Of a DNA stretch of 64,000 bases, positions 52,681-62,670 are shown one piece after another. Source of the DNA: an uncultured delta proteobacterium. GTDB lineage: Bacteria; Desulfobacterota; Desulfomonilia; UBA1062. Numbering within the stretch: position 1 is the first letter of the stretch; each line of letters opens with the position of its first letter. Under the pieces are notes generated by a model, which did not search any database, was not told the DNA's origin, and saw only the letters and a program-made list of their open reading frames with translations. The DNA lies in contig CAVVYZ010000020.1 in NCBI GenBank assembly GCA_963752595.1, forward strand, positions 32,001-96,000, given 5' to 3'. A program made the translations under genes and the position numbers.

Positions 52681-53673
52681 ATGGGCCAGATATTAAGCCA
52701 GGAAGAAGTCGATGCCCTGTTGAAGGGTGTCGTCGGCGGAGAAATCGAGACCGAGACAGATGCCCCGGATTTGTTGGAGCCCGGGGATTACCACAAGTTC
52801 GATTTTACCGCCCAGGACAAGGTCATCCGCGGCAGGATGCCCACTCTGGACGCCATCAATGACAGGTTCGCCCGGTTTTTCAGGACAACCCTCTCCAGCA
52901 TGCTCAGGCGTATGATCGACGTTACCCCGGTATCCCTGGATACGCTGAAGTTCGGGAACTTCATGCGATCGCTGCCGGTCCCTTCGAGCATCCACATCAT
53001 CCACATGGAGCCTCTGCGGGGCAATGCCCTGATCGTGCTTGAGACAAAGCTCGTATTCGCCCTCATCGACAGCTTCTTCGGGGGAAGGGGAGCCGGCGCC
53101 ATGAAGGTGGAAGGAAGGGAATTCACCCCCATCGAGCAGCGCATGCTCTACAAGGTCGTATCTGCGGCTATCAAGGAACTGGAGAATTCATGGCAGCCTG
53201 TCTTCGAGCTCAATTTAGCCTATGTCAGAGGCGAGATGAATCCCCAGTTCGCCGGGATCATCCCCGCTGAGGACGTCCTGATCGTGGTCCAGTTCGATAT
53301 CGAGATGGAGGAGATGAGCGGAAACATCATGGTCTGCATCCCCTATATGCTCATCGAGCCTATCCGCGACAGGCTCTATGCCGGGTTCCATACCGAGGAA
53401 AAGATGAGCGTGGACACTGCATGGGTCAACCGGCTCAAACACGAGCTCCTGGGAGTAAACGTGGATCTGTCCGTCGAGCTCGGCAAAACGAACATCACTT
53501 CCCGGGATCTTTCCTCCCTGAAAGCGGGAGACGTCCTGGTGCTCGAAAAAGACATATCAGACGTGATGACCGTGATGGTGCAGGATCTGCCCAAGTTCAT
53601 CGCACGGCCGGGAAAGATAAAAGATAATCTGGCAATTGATATCGTAGGGTTAATTGACAGGCAGCTTTATTAA
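52681..53673 (+). CDS. fliM: Flagellar switch protein
   Basis: LSQEEVDALL, REFTPIE, NPQF. Confidence 0.95.
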   Translation: MGQILSQEEVDALLKGVVGGEIETETDAPDLLEPGDYHKFDFTAQDKVIRGRMPTLDAINDRFARFFRTTLSSMLRRMIDVTPVSLDTLKFGNFMRSLPVPSSIHIIHMEPLRGNALIVLETKLVFALIDSFFGGRGAGAMKVEGREFTPIEQRMLYKVVSAAIKELENSWQPVFELNLAYVRGEMNPQFAGIIPAEDVLIVVQFDIEMEEMSGNIMVCIPYMLIEPIRDRLYAGFHTEEKMSVDTAWVNRLKHELLGVNVDLSVELGKTNITSRDLSSLKAGDVLVLEKDISDVMTVMVQDLPKFIARPGKIKDNLAIDIVGLIDRQLY

Positions 53674-53705
53674 AGAGGAATCCATGGGTGAGAGGAGAAA
53701 AATCC

Positions 53706-54209
53706 ATGAGTGAAAAACAAGAAGTGGGTGGGAGCGAGCTCTCCCAGGATGATATCGACAGACTCATGAGCGGCAATGCTGACAGCGCGGGCAGTGAAAA
53801 CGGCAAGGATCCAGGCCAGGATAAGCTCGCGGAGGAATGGGCCAGGGCACTGGATTCAGGTGAAGAAATCCAGGAAGGAAAACCCCTGGGCAGGCCTGCG
53901 GAAAAGGCAAATTTCGAGGAGCTCCGCCAGAGCAAATCCTTAGGGAATACATCGGATCTGGACTTCATTCTCGATATCCCGCTTGAGGTCACCGTCGAGA
54001 TGGGCAGGACCAAGATGCTCATAAATGATCTCCTCCAACTCGGCCAGGGCTCGGTAATCGAGCTGAACCGGCTTGCCGGGGAACCGCTCGACATCCTCGT
54101 GAACAACAAGCTCGTTGCCCGGGGCGAGGTGGTCGTGGTGGGCGAGAAGTTCGGGATCCGGCTCACCGATATCGTAAGCCCCATGGAAAGGGTGAAGAGA
54201 CTGCGATGA
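53706..54209 (+). CDS. fliN: Flagellar switch protein
   Basis: LDIPLEVTVEMGR, GEVVVV, FGIR. Confidence 0.95.
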   Translation: MSEKQEVGGSELSQDDIDRLMSGNADSAGSENGKDPGQDKLAEEWARALDSGEEIQEGKPLGRPAEKANFEELRQSKSLGNTSDLDFILDIPLEVTVEMGRTKMLINDLLQLGQGSVIELNRLAGEPLDILVNNKLVARGEVVVVGEKFGIRLTDIVSPMERVKRLR

Positions 54210-54589
54210 GCACAACCAGAAAGCTGCTATCGGTAATCTGTTTCCTGCTTTACCCGATGGTGAATGCGGGAGCGGCAAATGCTGCCCCGGCAACAGGTGT
54301 CGGTTTCCAGACGTTTGCCGTTCTCACCGGTGCGATCATAGCCTTGTTCGCCCTTGCATGGGCGGCCAGGAAATATGGTCCGTATGCCAGGGTGAAAAAG
54401 GCGCTGGGCCTGGATGTCGTGGGCCAGGTGCCTGTGGGGATAAAGGCGAATATCACGCTCGTCCGCGTAGGGAAATCCATGCTCCTGCTGGGAGTAACCC
54501 AGAACCGGGTCTGTCTCATCAAGGACCTCGGAGAAGGGGATTTTGAGAAGGCTATCACAGACGCAGAGTTTCCCGGGGGATTAAAATAA
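54206..54589 (+). CDS. fliO: Flagellar biosynthesis protein
   Basis: TM plus LLLGVT; position between fliN and fliP. Confidence 0.8.
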   Translation: MSTTRKLLSVICFLLYPMVNAGAANAAPATGVGFQTFAVLTGAIIALFALAWAARKYGPYARVKKALGLDVVGQVPVGIKANITLVRVGKSMLLLGVTQNRVCLIKDLGEGDFEKAITDAEFPGGLK

Positions 54590-55344
54590 TGGAGAAGTTT
54601 TGCCGTGCAGCCTTGATGATCTTCATCCTTGTCGGAATAACGACCGATGCACTCTGTGCCCAGGGAGTCATTGTTCCGAATGTAAGCTTCGGCGTGAAAG
54701 AGGTCAAGAACCCGGATGACGTAGTGGGCGTTCTCCAGGTCGTCTTCCTGCTCACCATTCTCGCTCTGGCTCCTTCAATCCTGATCATGGTGACGTCTTT
54801 TACAAGGATAATCGTGGTGCTGGGATTCCTCCGTCAGGCACTGGGCACGCAGCAGATGCCGCCCATGCAGGTACTTACGGCACTCGCCATTTTTTTGACG
54901 TTCTTCATCATGTCTCCTACCATAGAAAAGATCAACGACCAGGCGCTGGTTCCCTACCAGAACGGAATCATCCCGTTTTCACAGGCTCTGAAAAATGCTG
55001 AAACCCCGATCCGGGAGTTCATGTTCAAACAGACGAGGCAGGATGACCTCGCCCTTTTCTTAACGATCATCAAACATGACAAGCCCATGAACAAGGACGA
55101 CGTCCCCACTCGCGCACTCATCCCGGCATTCATGATTTCCGAGCTCAAGACCGCGTTCCAGATAGGCTTTATCCTGTTCGTCCCGTTTCTCATCGTTGAT
55201 ATGGTGGTGGCATCCGTCCTTTTATCGATGGGCATGATGATGCTGCCGCCCATCATGATTTCTTTGCCGTTCAAGATCATGCTCTTTGTCATGGTAGACG
55301 GATGGAACCTGCTGGTGGGCTCCATCGTAAAGGGGTTTGTCTAG
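54589..55344 (+). CDS. fliP: Flagellar export gate
   Basis: TSFTRI, PAFMISELKTAF, GMMMLPP. Confidence 0.97.
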   Translation: MEKFCRAALMIFILVGITTDALCAQGVIVPNVSFGVKEVKNPDDVVGVLQVVFLLTILALAPSILIMVTSFTRIIVVLGFLRQALGTQQMPPMQVLTALAIFLTFFIMSPTIEKINDQALVPYQNGIIPFSQALKNAETPIREFMFKQTRQDDLALFLTIIKHDKPMNKDDVPTRALIPAFMISELKTAFQIGFILFVPFLIVDMVVASVLLSMGMMMLPPIMISLPFKIMLFVMVDGWNLLVGSIVKGFV

Positions 55345-55614
55345 ATGACACCTGAAACGGTTACTTCCCTCATGGCCGAGGCTATCAAACTGACGCTTAT
55401 TGTAGGTGCTCCCATGCTGCTTGTCGGCCTGGTCGTGGGACTTGCGATCAGCGTATTCTCCGCAGTCACTCAGATTCAGGAGATGACGCTCACATTCGTG
55501 CCCAAGATCGTTGCCGTGTACCTGGCCCTGCTCTTCACCCTGCCGTGGATGATCGAGAAACTCACCACCTACACGGTCAATCTCTTTACGAACATCCCTA
55601 CAATGATCCGATGA
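55345..55614 (+). CDS. fliQ: Flagellar export gate
   Basis: TQIQEMTLTFVPK. Confidence 0.95.
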   Translation: MTPETVTSLMAEAIKLTLIVGAPMLLVGLVVGLAISVFSAVTQIQEMTLTFVPKIVAVYLALLFTLPWMIEKLTTYTVNLFTNIPTMIR

Positions 55615-56393
55615 ATGAGCTGCTGAATTTCGCCTGGAAGGATATCCTCACCTTTCTCTTCATCTTCGTGAGGATCGGGATCATCTTTGCCCTGATACCC
55701 TTCTTCAGCGGGGAGATCGTGCCCAGAAGGGTCACTGCGATCATTGCATTCTTCCTTGCACTCGTGATTCTGCCCGTGGTGCCTAAGATCGGTATCGATG
55801 CGAACAACCTCAATGTCCTGACCCTGACGGTCCTGCTTATCCATGATCTCATGATCGGGCTCTGCCTGGGTCTTGCGGTCAGTGTGATTTTTGCAGGTGT
55901 CCAGCTGGCGGGCGAGCTCATCGGTTTTCAGATGGGGTTTTCCATGGTCAACGTGATTGACCCCATGACCGGCGTCGATGCCCCGATTACTTCCAACCTG
56001 CTCTATATTGTTGCCTTTCTCCTCTTTCTTTCCCTGGGCGGTCACCATATGCTCATCAAAGCACTGGTGGAGAGCTTTTCTGTCATGCCGGTCAAGGCAG
56101 CGCTCCCTCAGCAGGCTTACCTCGCTGCAGTCATCTCGTACGCTGCGCAAATTTTCGTGATCGGGATCAAGGTGGCATCCCCGGTGATCGGTGTCCTGCT
56201 CCTCATCAACGTCGTTTTTGCCATCACTGCAAGGGCAGTACCGCAGATGAACGTCTTCCTCATGTCATTTCCCTTGACCATAGGAATCGGACTTATCTTC
56301 CTGATCGTCATTATAAAAATGATGCCCGGATTTATCTCATTCGCCATGAACGGCGCCATGGCATTCATCAAAGCGACCCTGCCGCTCTACTGA
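55611..56393 (+). CDS. fliR: Flagellar export gate
   Basis: AGELIGFQMGF, PQMNVF. Confidence 0.95.
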   Translation: MNELLNFAWKDILTFLFIFVRIGIIFALIPFFSGEIVPRRVTAIIAFFLALVILPVVPKIGIDANNLNVLTLTVLLIHDLMIGLCLGLAVSVIFAGVQLAGELIGFQMGFSMVNVIDPMTGVDAPITSNLLYIVAFLLFLSLGGHHMLIKALVESFSVMPVKAALPQQAYLAAVISYAAQIFVIGIKVASPVIGVLLLINVVFAITARAVPQMNVFLMSFPLTIGIGLIFLIVIIKMMPGFISFAMNGAMAFIKATLPLY

Positions 56394-56505
56394 CCGGAGC
56401 CGTGGGAACGGATTGATTTTTTCCAACCGAAGAGTATTCTCCTCTGACAGGGTTCTGAACAATTCATGCATATCGGTCCGGGAAGTAGTATTCCAGGAGG
56501 ATAAA

Positions 56506-57216
56506 ATGAAGAGATACCATCTTTTCTTGGCTTTTTTGATAATTCCGGCGGTATTCGTTTCCTGCGCTTTTCACAGGGCAAAACCTCTGGAAGCTCATTT
56601 CTGGGGAAGGAAAAATCTGAATATCGGCGTTGCCCTGGCAAGAGTACCTGAACCAAGCATAAGAGTCGAGAGCGCAACTACGGCATGGCCGGGTATGTTG
56701 AGAACCGGAATCCTGGTCAGGGGCAATAGAGAGCATGAGGATCGCGGGATACATCCGCAACTAAAGTCAGAGGCAAGAACCCTTGAAGGGTATCTCAAGA
56801 AGAATGACGGCAAGGTCGTTAAGGAAGTGCAGGGATATTTCGTGAAAGTTCTGCAAGATGCGGGGTGGAGAGCAGTTGCCATAGACGAGCCGATGAAAGA
56901 AATCGATCCCGCAGCCCAGAACCTGAAAGGTCTCGATGCAGTCATCATACTCGATTGTGACTGGTACGGAATGGATTGCCATTATACCGATCTCAATCAG
57001 GATTTCACCGATGCAGACGCCGGCATCACAGGCCGGATGGTTGACCTCGCATCGAATGCCCTTCTCTGGCAGAGTCCGCACGTGAGGATACGAAACCCGG
57101 TATCCTGCAGGTGCAACGAAGCTGACTGCTTCCCTCCCATCGACAATGCCCTGGAAAAGGCTGTGGGCGATGCAGCTGCCGTCCTGCTCAAAGACCTTAT
57201 CAGGAATCGCCCGTAA
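56506..57216 (+). CDS. Hypothetical lipoprotein
   Basis: AGGAGG RBS; lipobox FVSC. Confidence 0.65.
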   Translation: MKRYHLFLAFLIIPAVFVSCAFHRAKPLEAHFWGRKNLNIGVALARVPEPSIRVESATTAWPGMLRTGILVRGNREHEDRGIHPQLKSEARTLEGYLKKNDGKVVKEVQGYFVKVLQDAGWRAVAIDEPMKEIDPAAQNLKGLDAVIILDCDWYGMDCHYTDLNQDFTDADAGITGRMVDLASNALLWQSPHVRIRNPVSCRCNEADCFPPIDNALEKAVGDAAAVLLKDLIRNRP

Positions 57217-57309
57217 CATATTCCAGCGCTTACGGCAGGGAGATTCACTTCGAAGAAGGCAACCTCGTTCTTGATTTTTCCCTCCTCATGGGAGTATCTC
57301 TACTCCATT

Positions 57310-57666
57310 ATGGAAGAGATCGTGCTGAAGAACGGGGTGAGGATGGTTGTCGAAGACAAGACCTGTGTCCTCACGGGCGACCTGTACATGGTGCACTTCG
57401 AGTTCACTACCTATGTGGACCTGGGTGATGAAGACGCAGAGCTGAAGAGTTTCTGTCAGGGCACACAGGCGAAGCTGACCAGGGTTTTTAAGAAACCCGC
57501 CATTCATGAACGTGATGTCGATGAGGTGAGGGCGAGCATGAAGGCTTCGTTCCTTGCCTCCAACCTGCCGTACATGGAGAATCCGAAATTTGCAGCACGG
57601 TTCAAAGCCAAGCTGCTCAGGGATTTCCAGGAAGCGGAGGAGAAGAAGAACCGGGCTCATGGGTAA
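57310..57666 (+). CDS. Hypothetical protein
   Basis: Coding-like ORF overlapping the mutS start. Confidence 0.65.
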   Translation: MEEIVLKNGVRMVVEDKTCVLTGDLYMVHFEFTTYVDLGDEDAELKSFCQGTQAKLTRVFKKPAIHERDVDEVRASMKASFLASNLPYMENPKFAARFKAKLLRDFQEAEEKKNRAHG

Positions 57667-60215
57667 TATCACCCCCATGATGCAGCAGTATCTCGATATC
57701 AAGAAAGATTACCAGGATACCATTCTCTTTTATCGCATGGGCGATTTCTACGAGATGTTTTATGACGACGCCCTCACTGCATCCAGGATTTTAGGCCTTG
57801 CGCTGACTACCCGGGACAAGGGAAAGGAAAACCCCATTCCCATGTGCGGGGTCCCGTATCACAGCGCAAGCTCCTACATATCCCGCCTCATCAGGCAGGG
57901 GATTAAAGTGGCTGTCTGCGAGCAGGGAGAGATGTCCGGCAACGTAAAGGGTCTCGTGCACCGGGAGGTGGTGCAGGTCATCACGCCCGGGCTCATCGTC
58001 GAGGACGACCACCTCGTGAGCGACAAGCCGAACTACCTCATGGCAATATGCAGGGATGCGAAGAAAGAACGTTACGGCATCGCCTTCATCGATATCTCCA
58101 CCGGAGATTTTCGCGTGACGGAAGTGGATTCGGCCAGGGATTTCCACAGCGAGGTGCACCGCGTATCCCCGAGCGAGGTCATTACCTGGGATTCCGGCAT
58201 CGTCCCGAGCGGGTTCTACCTCACCGTACGGGATGCAGTAATGGGCACCGAGCGGGCAAAGGGCCTCATAGCAGGCCATTTCCACACCGCAGGCATCGAA
58301 GGCCTGGGCCTCAAAGATCACGAACCGGCCCTCATTGCAGCCGCAATGGTGCTCGACTATGTCAGGGATACGCAAAAGGGGACCCTGCCCCATATCACGT
58401 CGATCAGGTTCTACAATCCGGGCAGGTACATGATCCTGGGCGCCAACACCAAGCGCAATCTCGAACTCTTCGATTCCATTTCGGGGGATAAATCGAGCAC
58501 CCTCTTCGGGGTGATGAACCGCACGAACACGTCCATGGGGGCCAGGATGCTCTCCGACTGGATCTCCTTCCCGCTCATGGATATCGCGGAAATAACGGGC
58601 AGGCTCGATGCCGTGGAGGAGATATGCCGCGGCTCAGGCACGGCGGAAGCAATGAGAGGCTTACTTGCGGAGATCCCCGACATGGAGAGGATCGTGGGCA
58701 GGATATCGGCAGGCAGCGCCTCGCCGCGGGACGTCCGGTCGCTGGCCGGAGGCCTGGAAAAGGTCCCTGCCATGAGGACGGTCCTAGAAGATGCCGGGTC
58801 GGATCTCCTCAAAAACCTCCTGAACCGCATGAAGCCGTTGAAAGAGGTGGGCGACAGGATCACCGCCACCATCGTAGCGGATCCGCCCAATAAGATAGGT
58901 GACGGAGGCGTGATTGCCGCCGGTGTCGATGCCGAGCTCGATGAGCTGCAGGCTGCTTCGCAAGGATTCCAGGCAGTGGATCGCCGATCTGGAGGCAAAG
59001 GAGCGCGAGGCAACCGGGATCAATACACTCAAGATAGGCTACAACAGGGTGTTCGGATACTATATCGAGATCTCGAATGCCCATGCCCGCAAGGCCCCGC
59101 AGCAATACATGCGCAAGCAGACGCTCGCCAACGCCGAACGCTTCATTACCCCCGAGCTCAAGGAATACGAGTCCAAGATACTCGGGGCCCAGGACGCCAT
59201 CTCCCGGATCGAGACGAGGATCTTCGCCGGGCTCCTGGATTTCCTCGTGCAGTGGATCCCGGATCTGAAAGAAACCATAACAGCCATTGCCTGTGCCGAC
59301 GTTTTAAGCTCACTTGCCCGGCTCTCCCTGGACCGAGGGTACAGGCGGCCCGAGGTGAAGCAGGGGAGGGAGGTCACCATCCGCTCCGGCAGGCATCCGG
59401 TTGTGGAGCAGGTATTGAAGGCAGGCGAGTTCGTTCCCAATGACTGCCTCTTCGAGGGCGATAAAGACACCATCCATATCATCACCGGCCCCAACATGGC
59501 GGGGAAGTCGACCTATATGCGGCAGATCGCCCTGATCGCCATCATGGCCCAGATGGGATCGTTCGTGCCGGCACGGCAGTCGGGAATAGGGGTTGTGGAC
59601 AGGATCTTCACCAGGATAGGGGCCCTGGATAATTTATCGGCCGGGCAGAGCACCTTCCTTGTCGAAATGAGCGAGACGGCAGAGATTCTCAATAACGCGA
59701 CCGAGAACAGCCTCGTCATCCTCGATGAGATCGGCAGGGGCACCTCCACCTATGACGGGATGTCCCTGGCATGGGCAGTAGCCGAATTCCTCGACAAGAA
59801 GCGGATCAGGACATTTTTTGCCACCCACTACCACGAGCTTGCCGACCTTGCCAGAAGGCACCAGGGGATCAAGAACCTGCACATGGCGGTCGAAGAAAGC
59901 GGCCATGAAGTCATCTTTCTGCGGGAGGTGAGGAGGGGAGCCATCGGCAGGAGCTACGGGATTTACGTGGCCCGGCTCGCCGGTGTGCCTGAAGAAGTGG
60001 TGGAAAATGCAAAAGACATCCTCGGCACCATCGGGAAGAAGGCAAGAACGGTCCCTGCCGCCCGCCATGACATGCCTGTCCAGGGGAGCCTGTTCCACGA
60101 GGCGAACCCGGATGCGAGCACGGACGTGCTCAAGGAGATCAGGGAAGCCGACCTCGAACGCATGACCCCCATCGAAGCACTGAACCTCCTGCACAAGATG
60201 AAAGCAAAGATCTAA
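57659..60215 (+). CDS. mutS: DNA mismatch repair protein; frameshift near 58950
   Basis: TPMMQQY, GDFYEMF, GPNMAGKS, DEIGRGT, ATHYHEL; split across ORFs 57554 and 58914. Confidence 0.95.
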
Positions 60216-60227
60216 ATATTTCAAGAT

Positions 60228-60255
60228 TAAAGCTTCCCTTCGATTATTCCGAATA
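60228..60255 (+). promoter_or_regulatory. Sigma28-like promoter TAAA-N16-TCCGAATA
   Basis: Recurrent motif upstream of the FlhG-like gene. Confidence 0.45.
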
Positions 60256-60276
60256 CCTTCATATGAGAGGTCGATT

Positions 60277-61509
60277 ATGAATAATGACATGGATACTCGA
60301 GCACTTGCACGTAAAAGCGGGATGCCGTACATCGATATCGGAAAAGCAGTGCCGGACCGCAAATGCGTGGATCTGCTGGGGGAAAACCTCGCAAAGACGT
60401 ACAACAGCATTCCTGTCCGATTTCTCAATGGAGGCATACTGGTAGCCATAGGTGACCCTTCCCAGAAAGACCTGATCGAGAGCCTGAGTACCCATATGGG
60501 AAAGAAGGTGTATCCTGCCCTGGCTGATAAGGATGAGATCCATAGGCTCATAGAAGCCTGCTACACCCCCGGGGCAGTTGTCGATGTGAAGGAAGAGAGA
60601 GGGGCGGAAGCGCTCCACGAAGAGACCAATGGGAGCCGGCTCATATCGGTCATTTCCAACAAGGGCGGGGTAGGGAAGACCCATATTTCAACCAACCTGG
60701 CCAAGGCGATAGCCGACACCGGACACAAGGTCCTGCTCATCGACGCGGACCTGGGCAATGCAGATATCTCCAACAAGCTCGCCTTATTCCCGGAATACAC
60801 CCTCTACGATTTCCTGCTGGGGGATACGTCTCTTGATGACATGATCGAGTATACCCCGTATGGCTTCGACCTCATCGGCGGGAGCTCCGGCGAGTTCAAA
60901 CTCGCGAACATCAACTATGTCCAGCGTACCAAGTTCATCAGAGGCTTCAGGAAGATAAGCGAGAAGTATGATTTCACGATCTTTGACTTAAGTGCCGGGA
61001 TCAGCTCCATTGTCACGGATTTTGCGCTTGCTTCCGACGAGACCCTCATCGTTACCACGCCCCAGGATATTATTGCCGGGTATGCCTGCATAAAGGCTAC
61101 GTTCCAGCGGTTCAAGCAGATCGAAGAATCCCTGATGAACAAGGTGGAATTTTACCAGCCGAGGAAGATCTACAAGCCGTGGGTGATCATGAACCAGGTT
61201 ACGAGCCTGAAACAGGGGCTGTTCCTCTTCAGTAGGATATGCCAGACGACCGACGAGCGTGTAAACAATATGGAAGCAACATTCACGGTCAAGCCGGAGT
61301 ATCTCGGCGGCATCCTCTATGACAGGGAAAATTTCAAAAAAGCCGAGATGGACAGAAAGCCTCTGAGTATCGTTGCACCAAGAGGCAATCCTGCCCAGTG
61401 CATGACATACCTGGGAAGAAATCTCCTCGAAAATCCTGAGCTGAGGAAGTACAAGCAACAGCTGAAGACCGGCTTGGGACGCTTCGCAATGATCTTCGGC
61501 CTCGAGTAG
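60277..61509 (+). CDS. MinD/FlhG-type ATPase with N-terminal T2SSE_N (GspE/PilB N-domain) fusion
   Basis: LARKSGMPYID...IPV...LVAIGDP N-domain; deviant Walker A KGGVGKT, DADLG. Confidence 0.8.
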   Translation: MNNDMDTRALARKSGMPYIDIGKAVPDRKCVDLLGENLAKTYNSIPVRFLNGGILVAIGDPSQKDLIESLSTHMGKKVYPALADKDEIHRLIEACYTPGAVVDVKEERGAEALHEETNGSRLISVISNKGGVGKTHISTNLAKAIADTGHKVLLIDADLGNADISNKLALFPEYTLYDFLLGDTSLDDMIEYTPYGFDLIGGSSGEFKLANINYVQRTKFIRGFRKISEKYDFTIFDLSAGISSIVTDFALASDETLIVTTPQDIIAGYACIKATFQRFKQIEESLMNKVEFYQPRKIYKPWVIMNQVTSLKQGLFLFSRICQTTDERVNNMEATFTVKPEYLGGILYDRENFKKAEMDRKPLSIVAPRGNPAQCMTYLGRNLLENPELRKYKQQLKTGLGRFAMIFGLE

Positions 61510-61517
61510 TTTTGACG

Positions 61518-61544
61518 TTAAGTACTGGTATGCGTTACCGATAA
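61518..61544 (+). promoter_or_regulatory. Sigma28-like promoter TTAA-N15-ACCGATAA
   Basis: Near-consensus FliA promoter upstream of a small ORF. Confidence 0.5.
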
Positions 61545-61578
61545 AAACAGTATACCGGATGAGTGAAGGAAGAACAGG

Positions 61579-61767
61579 ATGACGATAACAGAGTACAGAG
61601 CACAATTTGTTGAGAAATGGGATGACGTGAGACCTGTGGTCATCTACTTCGCCGGAGAGAGGTTTGTCGTGGAATACAAGGGCACCTTTGATCCTGTGCT
61701 TACTCCGGTCGTTGCAATGGTTCATTCCTATCTCGGGAATATCTGTCTTACCCAGATCGATAACTGA
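61579..61767 (+). CDS. Small hypothetical protein (62 aa)
   Basis: Purine-rich RBS and upstream promoter-like motif. Confidence 0.5.
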   Translation: MTITEYRAQFVEKWDDVRPVVIYFAGERFVVEYKGTFDPVLTPVVAMVHSYLGNICLTQIDN

Positions 61768-61921
61768 TGCCGGTGTTTGGGCTCCGTGCAAACAGTGTTT
61801 CCCATTCTCTAGAAAAAGAAAACGATTATCGATAACATTGGTTTTGCTGAATCGTTTAATGCGTTCCTTTCATCCATTTATCTTGCTTCCGTGCATTCAT
61901 TATTTTATTAATGAGTAATAT

Positions 61922-62603
61922 ATGACGGTTCTCAAAGCATCAGGAGAAAAGAAGGTACTGGTCATCGATGACGATGAGGGAGATTGCTGTCTTGTAGAAG
62001 ATATCCTCAGCGAAGACGGCATAACCGTCGTCAAGGCCATCGGCGGGGAAATGGGGATACGGATCCTTGTCGGAGCAGGAGTTCCCGGTCATCATCACCG
62101 ACCTGCGGATGCCCGATATCGACGGCATGGGCATCATCGATTTCATCCGGAAACGCCAGCTGGATTCCCTGATCATCGTTATCACCGGATTTGCGAGTGT
62201 CGACAGCGTCATCGAAGCCTTGAGAATGGGTGCATATGATTACATCCTGAAACCCTTCGGCGCAGACCTCTTAAGGTTCACCGTCAAACGTGCCTTTGAT
62301 TACATATCCTTGAGGGATGAGCAGGCCAGGCTGAAGTTTTTCGAAATGGTCGCCCAGCTCGCAAGCACTACCGCACATGAGGTATTCCAGCCCCTGACCG
62401 TGATCATGGGCGAGGCAAAGGGGATCGTCAAGGAAACCGGGCACGAGTCCATCCGGGACATGGCCCAGCAGATCCTTGAAGAGGCACGGAAGATCCGGGA
62501 TATAATCCGGAAAATGGATAATCTCCACGAGTATGCGATCAAGACATTCCCCGGCGGATACTCTATCATCGATATCGAGAAAGGGTCTTCCGATCCCCGC
62601 TAG
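61922..62603 (+). CDS. Response regulator receiver plus HisKA-like helix; frameshift near 62068
   Basis: VLVIDDD, TDLRMP, GAYDYILKPF, AHEVFQPL; no ATPase domain. Confidence 0.8.
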
Positions 62604-62670
62604 AACAACAGTTTTTTGCCGTTTTGTCTCCGTACTTCCTTTCATGGTCCGATTCATTATATTATCACGT

